Of a stretch of DNA of 64,000 bases, positions 54,492-64,000 are shown piece after piece. Location: the NCBI GenBank assembly GCA_951406725.2, contig OX597828.1, positions 75,392,001 to 75,456,000 on the forward strand, in the 5' to 3' direction. This DNA comes from Octopus vulgaris. Taxonomy: Eukaryota. Below the pieces are notes generated by a model. That model saw only the letters and a program-made list of their open reading frames with translations. It had not been told where the DNA came from and did not search any database. Position 1 is the first letter of the stretch. Each line of letters opens with the position of its first letter. Both the position numbers and the translations under genes were made by a program.

Positions 54492-55199
54492 TGTGTGTAC
54501 TTATATGTACCTGTCAACTGGTATAAACCAGGGCAAATTTCTGTTATGCCTGTGAAAATTGAATTAACTGTATGAAGGGAAATAATCAAAGTGCATTTAG
54601 CCATTCAGTAAATAGAGAAACAAAAGGAGTACTAAGAAAGAATAAGAAGAAATGGTCACATTAGGAAGGTCTTTGATTATAGGTCTGCTGTATCACCTCG
54701 ATATAAACAAAAATGTCACAACAATCCATTAACCATTCTATATTTTATGCAGACAGCTTCTTTAGTGAACGACCTAAAGTAGAGGTTTATGGTAACCTGA
54801 GATCCATTCCTATAGATTCAGTCACTTAATATTCTTGGTTGTGTCTACAATTTCCTGGTGTACATAAAACCCTTAGACAGGTATACACACCCAGAACGCT
54901 GATTTCCTATCATATATTAAAATAAAACAATCAACATGAAATCCCTTTGCAATGTCACCTGATCTTCTAAATATAGCAGTCGAATCCCATTTAAAATACA
55001 CCATAATGTCTTAAACGAAGGATAGTTAGATTAGTATACAAGCAACGGTAGTAAATGTCTAAATAAAAGGTGATGGTCACAATAATAATGTTTGGTCATA
55101 GGTCTGTTAAAAGCGTACTAAAAGGAAACTATCAGTTGCGACCCCTGATACGAATCGGCAGAGACTGGACGAATAGATTTGCCCCGACAAACGAGACAC

Positions 55200-55985
55200 A
55201 AACTGTGAGCTTGCTACACAACTGGACTGTAGTCACATTATATTTTAAAATAGGTGGAAAACTTTGGGTCGAAAAGTGTGCTCAAGATAGGTACCTCGGC
55301 AGCTGATAGTCGATTTGAAGGAGAGAAAGGCTGGAGTCTGCTCTGCTAGAAACATTTGCAACCAGTGAAATCTCATTCCTCCAGATCTGATGGATGAGGC
55401 ACAGCCATATCTTTATGATTAAGAAACGAAGGATCAGTTCATGGAATGGCCTAACGCCTTTGTTTTTTTAGCCCCAAGGCAAGAGTCAACGAATGTTATG
55501 GCAAGTCTTTTGTGAATAATAAGGGTGCCATTCTCTTTGAGTTTCTGGAACGTGGCTGTACAGGAAACAGCAAGCACCACATTGAAACTCTATAAAATCT
55601 CAGAGAATCCAGCAGAAGGAAGGAAGAGAATGAAGAAAAACATGAAATCGACCCAGATTCACTCTCGCAATACGTGACACAAACATCCTGGATTAGTCAG
55701 TAGTTACCTATCTACCAAAAAAACACCTATCTAGCATCCTACAATTTCCACCTGTTTATCCCAATGAAGGACGGTCCTCGTGGACTACGGTTTGATGACA
55801 CAGACAACATAAAAGTAAGTGTGGAATGGATACACTATTTCCCAACTGATTTTTTTTCAAAATGGATTCGAGACAGGTTTAAAGATGGCGCAAATTCATC
55901 GCTTGTGACAGAAGCTATATTTATTAGTGCCTTTGTATAGACGTGTTACTCAACCAACATAAGCAATTTGAATAACTTATATCAA
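55200..55985 (+). mobile_element. Decayed mariner (DD34D-type) transposase remnant
   Basis: R*VPRQL (WVPR.L motif), DEAQPYLYD*ETKDQFMEW, KGAILFEFLERGCT.NS, YLASYNFHLFIPMKDGPRGLRFD (SPDLAPSDFHLF-like) and RWRKFI...SYI; TIRs were not resolved. Confidence 0.8.
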
Positions 55986-56386
55986 TAAAACAGTTATGCC
56001 CACTTTGTAGCTTAGTTTCGGTACAAAACTTGGTATAATCCATCCATATATGCATCCGCATAAATGAGCAGGTGTGTGTGATTTTAGGAGGAAAGCATTT
56101 ATTTGCATGCAACAAGATTTACGTAAATATCTTTACAAAGGATGATTAGATGATTAACATTATACGAGAAACGTATGTTGATGCTAGATATGTTCAGGTG
56201 AGTTTATATGTGTGTGTTTCAACAAGGAAGTGTTCTTGTATATGTGTGCACCTTTATGTGTGTACCTATGTGTGTGCACCTGTATATGTGTACACCTGTA
56301 TGTGTGTACCTATATATATGCACCTGTATATTGCTTACGTGCTTGTACGTAAAAGATATAGTTTTACATATATACGACAAATTCTG

Positions 56387-56430
<44 letters not shown>

Positions 56431-56861
56431 ATATTTCTCTCTCTTTTTTTATACATATGTGTGTGGTGCGTGTGTGTACGTATAGATGTGTGCGCATATA
56501 TATATGAATCAATGTACATATACACAAATGAATAATTTCTTAGTGATTTCTGAAAAATCCTAAGAATAGCGAGATAGGGAAATTAGGTAGAGATCAATTA
56601 GATAAAATGAACAAATGTCAATTCTTTCTCTCTCCTACACGCTAAAACAGGTATATAAATGCACGCATATTTGAATACAATATGTACAACACATGTATGT
56701 ATGTGTATATGTATATAATATTCCTAAACACACACACACATAATGAAAGCATGCAAACCGAAATTTTGAAGTCACCTTTTCTTTCTAAAAGTTAATATAT
56801 AGTCTAACCAAAAAGTATTTAGCAATCCTTCAGCATAAAGTTAAATTAACTTTATATATAT

Positions 56862-56894
<33 letters not shown>

Positions 56895-57096
56895 ACTTTT
56901 TTATCATCTTATAATCATCTCATAATAATGACTTTTATGACTCTTATTACTACCTCAGTCCATCTAAATGTATATATATGTCGTTACCTGTCATAAAAAG
57001 CCTTTTTTTATTCGCAATGTGCATTTTCGTTGATTTTTCATATTTTAACCTTACATTTCCACGTGTATTTTATATTTTGCTTTTGTAACATATTTC

Positions 57097-57162
<66 letters not shown>

Positions 57163-57186
57163 GTATATATATATATATATATATAT

Positions 57187-57539
<353 letters not shown>

Positions 57540-57695
57540 TGTATATAAATAAATAAATAAATATATATATATATATTTATATATATATATACATATATAT
57601 ATTTATATATACACATATTTGTGCCCGTGTATAAGTATATATGATTAAATATCGGTATATTTATCTATTCATCAGCACCATACCACCACCACCAA

Positions 57696-57755
<60 letters not shown>

Positions 57756-58259
57756 AGCAACATCAGTAACACCACTACCCCCGGCATCACCATCGACCCA
57801 CTAATTAACATTTTAATGGAGGCATAATCTAATATGCTGAACTTCCTTATCATTCTTGCAAGGAAGGAATTTTTGCAGAAATAGTTTAGGACTAAATTTA
57901 GCATAGAATCTGATATATATTTGGCATCGATACCAGCATTTCACAGAAATATCTCCCAGAAATTCTATAGCCATTGCTACATCGAACTGGTTGTTTGTGT
58001 GTTATATGGGAGTGGTGGTGGTGGTGCTGTAATACCATGTATGTGGTGTAATGTAGCTTAAAGTTAAAGAATATGAAGCGAATACAAATCCAAGAGAAAG
58101 TAATTTTACACCAATAGACAAAAGTTGGTGAACTAATTTATTTTACAAAAAGTTTCCTGCAAATGATTTCTATGTATAAAACTCCTGTTACTTTGAGTAT
58201 AATAGTTATTTAAATCTACATATAGGTACACACACACATACATGCACACATACATACAA

Positions 58260-58345
<86 letters not shown>

Positions 58346-58350
58346 GTATG

Positions 58351-58384
<34 letters not shown>

Positions 58385-58737
58385 TGTATGTATGTATGTA
58401 TGTGTGTATATAGTGTGTGTGTTAGAGACAAGAGCGTAAATTCCGAGTGCAGTATACCTGCAAACACAGCAGAGAAAGATTTGGTATTTACCCTTAGAAG
58501 ACGGAAATGTTAAAGTTGTCAGCAGGCGGCTACGGAGAACCGAACACTACACCCTTCACGTACTGGTTGAGTGCTCTGTCCATTAAGGTCAAATGGTCCC
58601 TGATAATAATTACCATTAATTTTACTGCTAAATAATAGCTTTCCGAATGTGAGAACATTTTATTTATACGCAAAAAGATACATGCATGCACATAAAATAC
58701 ATGTGTGTATAAATATATCTATAGCTATATATATATA

Positions 58738-59529
58738 TCTTTCATTCTTTCACTTGTTTCAGTCATTTGACTGAGGCCATGCTGGAGCACCACCTTTAGT
58801 CGAACAAATTGACCGCAGGACTTATTCTTTGTAAGCCTAGTACTTATTCTATCGGCCTTGTGGAGGCGCAATGGCCCAGTGGTTAGGGCAGCGGACTCGC
58901 GGTCGTAGGATCGCGGTTTCGATGCCCAGACCGGGCATTGTGAGTGTTTATTGAGCGAAAACACCTAAAGCTTCACAAGGCTCCTGCAGGGGTTGGTGGT
59001 GAACCCTGCTGTACTCTTTCACCACAACTTTCTCTCACTCTTACTTCCTGTTTCTGTTGTACCTGTATTTCAAAGGGCCAGCCTTGTCACACTCTGTGTC
59101 ACGCTGAATCTCCTCGAGAACTACGTAAGGGTACACGTGTCTGTGGAATGCTCAGCCACTTGCATGTTAATTCCACGAGCAAGCTGTTCCGTTGATCGTA
59201 TCAGCTGGGACCCTCGTCGTCGTAACCGACGGAGTGCTCCTATACTATTCTATCGGCCTCTTTTGCTGAACCGCTAGATTATGGGAATGTAAACACACCA
59301 ACATCAGTTGTCAGAAACACACACACACACATACATACACACGCACACACACACACACGCACATATACACGACGGGCTTTCAGTTTCCGTCTACCAGGTC
59401 CACTCACAAAGCTTTGATCGGCCCGAGGCTATAGTAGAAGACACCTGCCCAAGGTGCCACGCAGTGGGATTGAACCCGGAACCATGTGTTTCGTAAGCAA
59501 GCTACTTACTACACAGCCACTCCTACGCC
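58738..59529 (-). mobile_element. SINE family A interrupted by a family C SINE
   Basis: The 3' part (58738-58858) and 5' part (59246-59529) join into a colinear family A copy. Confidence 0.92.
58860..59240 (+). mobile_element. SINE family C nested in family A
   Basis: Full-length copy with perfect 14-bp TSD tattctatcggcct (58845-58858, 59246-59259). Confidence 0.94.
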
Positions 59530-61821
59530 TATACACACACACACACACACACATATGTGTCTATATGTATATATATTTATATTATATATGTATATATATA
59601 TGTTGGTGCAAGTATATATGTGTTTATTATTTAAAATAAAACCTGATGCTGACAGCGATAAGGGTGATTTTTACATTCCTCGCAAAAGATCTGACGTTCT
59701 TACATATATTGGTACATACGGGTTAAGGCCCTGCCTTTTAATTGGTTCGCTTTCTGAGCCCCTTAAAAGGATCAGCAAAACTGGTTTCTACAGGGCTTGA
59801 ACCTACAACTGAAACTGTTGTAACTAAATACTGCAAACAAGTCCCTTTATCATTTTAAAATGGTTTTTAACATATAAGGCCTCTGTTACTATAGTGATAT
59901 AAATTTATTTACATGGACCCCAATATTTCACTGGTATATTTTATTGAGCTACACGAAATTTAAAGGCAGCATCAAATCCGGTGAGATTTCAACGCTAAAA
60001 CAGTCATAACATTTTGTGAAGGCTTGACAAATGAAATCTGTGCAACACTAGACTTTTGTATGCTTTCTTTTCACTTCAAGAATATAAACCGGAAGGGTTA
60101 TGTACTGAAATATTATCAATTCTTTTGGCTGCTGATCAATTTCAACTTGTATCTTAGCGTGCGTAAATAACTCGTGTTTTAGCAATATGGCTGACCAAAT
60201 ATTCCCCAGGCGTAGATTCTGAAAACTGAATAAACAGATGTTGCAGACTTATAAGTAAGGTACAGTGGGTTGAAAATATTCGATTAACGGAAATTAATAC
60301 AATAAATATTAATAACAAATTAGATTATAATATGCAGTTAATAAAAGAAAAAATCCTTTGCGTGAGACGGAGTGAGTTAACTTGTAACAGACTACAGGGA
60401 GAAACTCGCATAAGGTCAGTTGTACACGAAAATATTTGGACAATGTTGCTACAGTATGACTATAGTATGACTGAAACGAATTTAAGAATATAAAAAATTT
60501 AGAACATATTAAATCTGGTAGGCAACTTGAACTGCTGTAAATAATGGACATGTTTCGGTCTTATTGCATCTTGTCAGCACATGTGGCTAAAGGAGAGTAC
60601 TTCAAGAAAGAGGTCTGGTTACTAAGGGAATGAAATGATAGAGCTTCACTTATTTAATATTGTGCGTTGAAAAACTCTTAACAGAAATTATGCAACCAAT
60701 TTAATAAAAATAATCTCCTTCCTTTGTTCGTTGCTTTTAGATTTAAAAAGTCAAGAGAGGGAGTCTACGTTTGATAATTGCTTAGATTTTCTCAGATGTT
60801 TAAAGTTTTCTGCTAACTATGATGTATTGAGATTTCAACCACAGAGTGAATCAAGATATGAACTCTAATGATAATTTGAAGCTAGGAATCCGTTGAATGA
60901 AACAAAATGCTGCAATGTTGGTTATGACAGTCAGTTGGAGCCTGTACCTTACATTAGATATTGGTCCCCCTTACTAAAGAGAATGGCAAATTCTTTGAGG
61001 TACGCTTGTATAATGAATTATATGGGTTTTTTTTCTCACCATTACAAACTGGAGATGATATTTTCTTCCTTCTCTCGATAAGTACAGGCTAAATACTGGA
61101 ATCTATACAGGCAGCTATCCATACTCCTCCATGAAACTTGGAGCTGTAGTCTTTGTTAAAAATCCATATTTTACATTGTTATAAAGATTTGCAGCAATTT
61201 TAAATTTGTGTATCTTTAGTTCTATTTTGGAAGAATTTGTTTGTGAAATGATTTAGATGAAAGAATTTATTATATTTGAAAATAGATTTATTTTTGATAT
61301 TGTTCAATTTCCAACATGTCTACTATTATTCCATTTACAAACAAGGACGGGATTCGGGAAATTCTTGAAATAACGTCTAGCAGCTGCTTTTGTAAACCAC
61401 AAAATTGATTCTAGCCCCCGAGTTATCTTGAGAACAAAGTTTAGCTGAATAAACAATAATTTTTACATGTTCGCAAAATAAAGATTAGGTAATTAATAAT
61501 TTTAAAATATTAATAAACAATTACAATTATTGCTTGATTAATGACTAGAAACGTGGATATATCATGCTTCTCGATGTTGTTTAAATGTTGATTTTTATAT
61601 ATACAGCAAAAGTCTTTAAGATTTATAACTGAATGTTTAAAATTGCACAAAGATCAGGAAAAGAAATGTCTTTCTGTGTTTGTAACGATACATCACTTAC
61701 AGCAGACAAAAACAAATCTCTATATAAAATCATCCACATCGCAAAATACATCCCTCTATAAGAGCAGAGGTTCATGGGATTAATTAGAGAAATTATTTAG
61801 CAAACGTTTACATATTATAGG

Positions 61822-61918
61822 GATGGCTGTGGTAAGAAACTTGCTTCCCAATCACATGGTCCTGGGCCGACCTAAGCTTTGTGAGTGGATTTGGTAGACG
61901 GAAACCGAAAGAAGCTCG

Positions 61919-61961
<43 letters not shown>

Positions 61962-62580
61962 ACCTTTAGTATATATATATATGTATATGTATATGTATGT
62001 ATTTGTGTGCCTATGTTTGTCCTCCCATCATCGCTTGACAACCGATGTTGGTGTGTTTACATCCACGTCACTTAGTGGTTCCAAAAGAAACCGATAGAAT
62101 AAGTACGTGGCTTACAAAGAATAAGTCATAAGGCCGATTTGTTTGACGGAAAGGCGGTGCTCCAGCATGGCCGCAGTCCAGTGACTGAAGCAAATTAGAG
62201 AATGTTATAGGCGCAGTCGTGGCTTTATTGTTAAGAAGCTTGCTTCGAAGCGAAGGGGTCTTGGGTTCATTCCTACTTCGCGAGACTTTGGGTAAGTGTC
62301 TTCTGTTATAGCCCATGACCGATTAAAGCCTTGTAAGTGAATTTGATTGACGGAAACTGAAAGAAGCCAGCTGTATGTGTGGGTGGGTGTCTTTTTGTTT
62401 GTTGTGCCTCCCCTCCGCCTCCTGACTGCCAGTGTTGGTTTGTTTACGCTTCGGCAAAAACATAACGCTAGAATAAGTACCAAGCTGAAAAATAAATTTT
62501 GGGATCGCATTGTTCAACACTTCAAGGCAGTGCTCCAGCACGGCTGTAGTCCAATGCCAGATACAAGTAAAAGATAAAAG
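61822..62580 (+). mobile_element. Two tandem family A SINE copies (61822-~62200 with deletion; 62210-62580 diverged)
   Basis: Each has the head, the gacggaaac-gaaagaagc body and the gctccagca-ggc-g-agtcca-tg 3' end. Confidence 0.85.
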
Positions 62581-63017
62581 CTTTAAGATACTTGAGGAGA
62601 CTGCTTGTTAAATATATTTTGTCAGGAGTCGTTATTATTGATTGAGCGCAGATACATGTTGGGGGTGACGTTGTCATTTATCCTTGTAGTTTAAACGTAA
62701 TAGAGAGTCAGAGAACCACATCTGAAATACGGTTTAATGGAAAGCCAACCAAAGTCAGCAATATAGAATATCCGAAGAAGGAATTAATTCTAAAGGCCCC
62801 CCTTTTAAGCTACATCAAACATATAACTTGTTGCGTTGGGTGAGAATGACAGCACTTCAGTACGTAACGGCAAAGTTATTGTCCCGGTTGCATTGCACCT
62901 TTGAAGGTTCATTACGAGTTCAATTCTCAGTGACGCTATTATTTTGTGAGTTATATAGTAATGTTGATGCCAGAATGAAGAAAAGAGGCAGTGATGGTGA
63001 AGATGACATACTTTCTG

Positions 63018-63140
63018 TTCTACTCTAGGCACAAGGTCCGAAATTTAAGGGGAGGGGGCAGGCGATTAAATCGACCCCATTACACAACTGGTAACTTAAT
63101 TTATCGACCCCGAAGTAATGAAAGGCAAAGTCGACCCCGG
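63018..63140 (-). mobile_element. SINE family B 3' half
   Basis: ttctactctaggcacaaggtccgaaattt...ttatcgaccccgaagtaatgaaaggcaaagtcgacc. Confidence 0.8.
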
Positions 63141-63250
63141 AGATGATATACTTATGATGATGATGAAGAGGAGGAGGGAGAGGAGGAGTAGGCGCATGAC
63201 GACACTATTGAAGACAGTGATGGTGGTGATGGTGATGTTGATGGTGTTCT

Positions 63251-63460
63251 TTTATTCTCTTTGCTTGTTTCAGTCATTTGACTGCGGCCTTGCTGGAGCT
63301 CTGCCTTTGGTCGAACAAATCGACTCCAGAACTTTTTTTTTTGTAAGCCTATCGAATTCTTTTGCCAAACCGCTAAGTTACGTGGATGTAAACACACCAG
63401 CATTGATTGTCAAGCGATGTTGGAGGGGGAGGACAAACACAGACACACAAACATATTCAC
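63251..63460 (-). mobile_element. SINE family A 3' half, cut off at its internal microsatellite by the next element
   Basis: cttgtttcagtcatttgactgcggcc...ccgctaagttacgtggatgtaaacacaccagc...gtcaagcgatg. Confidence 0.85.
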
Positions 63461-63465
63461 ACACA

Positions 63466-63511
<46 letters not shown>

Positions 63512-63516
<5 letters not shown>

Positions 63517-64000
63517 AAGCTTTATGAAAATAGACAAAAGACGAAGGCAGGTGGAAAACAAACGAACAATTGTATTAGTATGGCGATCAGGAAATATAAA
63601 TAAAACAAGTCTTTAACGTTTCGAGCCTACGCTCTTCAACAGAAAGATACACAGAGAGAAAAAAACACAGAAAGAAGGAGAAAAAAAATGCGTGCAGTAG
63701 CTAACGAATCAACATGGCGATCTGATTTCGGCCAGAGGTCAAAGATCAAACATGAGACGCGAGAGCGAAATAAGGGGAGATAATAGGGTTGATAATAGGG
63801 TTGATAATAGGGTTGATAATAGGGTTGATAATAGGGTTGATAATAGGGTTGAAGGACCAGCTAATAGTGCGTAGGAGGGGTCTGGACGTGTGTATGTATA
63901 GGGTTGGTGTATGTATAGTATGTATAAGGGTGTGTGTGTGTGTGTGTGTGTATGAGAGAGTATTAGTGCGTAGGATTGGTCTGGACGTGCGTATGTATGG
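63512..64000 (-). mobile_element. Probable Penelope-like pseudo-LTR region with a minimal hammerhead-like motif, running off the window
   Basis: Starts abruptly after (TA)n; the minus strand reads TCTTT-CTGTTGA-A-GAGC-gtag-GCTC-GAAA-C-GTT-AAAGA at 63610-63647. Confidence 0.6.
63779..63850. repeat. 12-bp tandem repeat (GATAATAGGGTT) x6
   Basis: Six perfect units. Confidence 0.96.

Overview
This is AT-rich, microsatellite-saturated eukaryotic non-coding DNA (intron or intergenic). I found no host protein-coding exon, rRNA, true tRNA or CRISPR array that I can support. The SINE families and repeat landscape suggest an Octopus (coleoid cephalopod) genome; this is inferred from recalled repeat families, not from a search. 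Almost all supplied ORFs are translated (TA)n, (CA)n, (AAT)n or (ATCT)n repeats. The real content is a graveyard of mobile elements. There are at least four tRNA-headed SINE families (labelled A-D here, about 30 copies, several nested with clear target-site duplications, TSDs). There are two decayed R4/Dong-like non-LTR retrotransposons tied to (AAT)n tracts, an RTE fragment, and several Penelope-like remnants with hammerhead-ribozyme-like motifs. DNA elements comprise an IR/DR-type Tc1 fossil, a DD37D-like and a mariner-like fossil, a MITE and a non-autonomous Helitron. The most notable structure is an 831-bp non-coding miniature LTR retrotransposon (TRIM-like) at 22133-22963, inserted into the endonuclease region of an R4/Dong element. 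It has 149-bp terminal repeats, a tRNA-Ser-type primer site, a 5-bp TSD and an internal minisatellite. Other notable structures are a perfect hairpin with 123-bp arms, a minimal hammerhead-like fold, and a head-to-tail stack of five SINEs separated by triplet-repeat tails.
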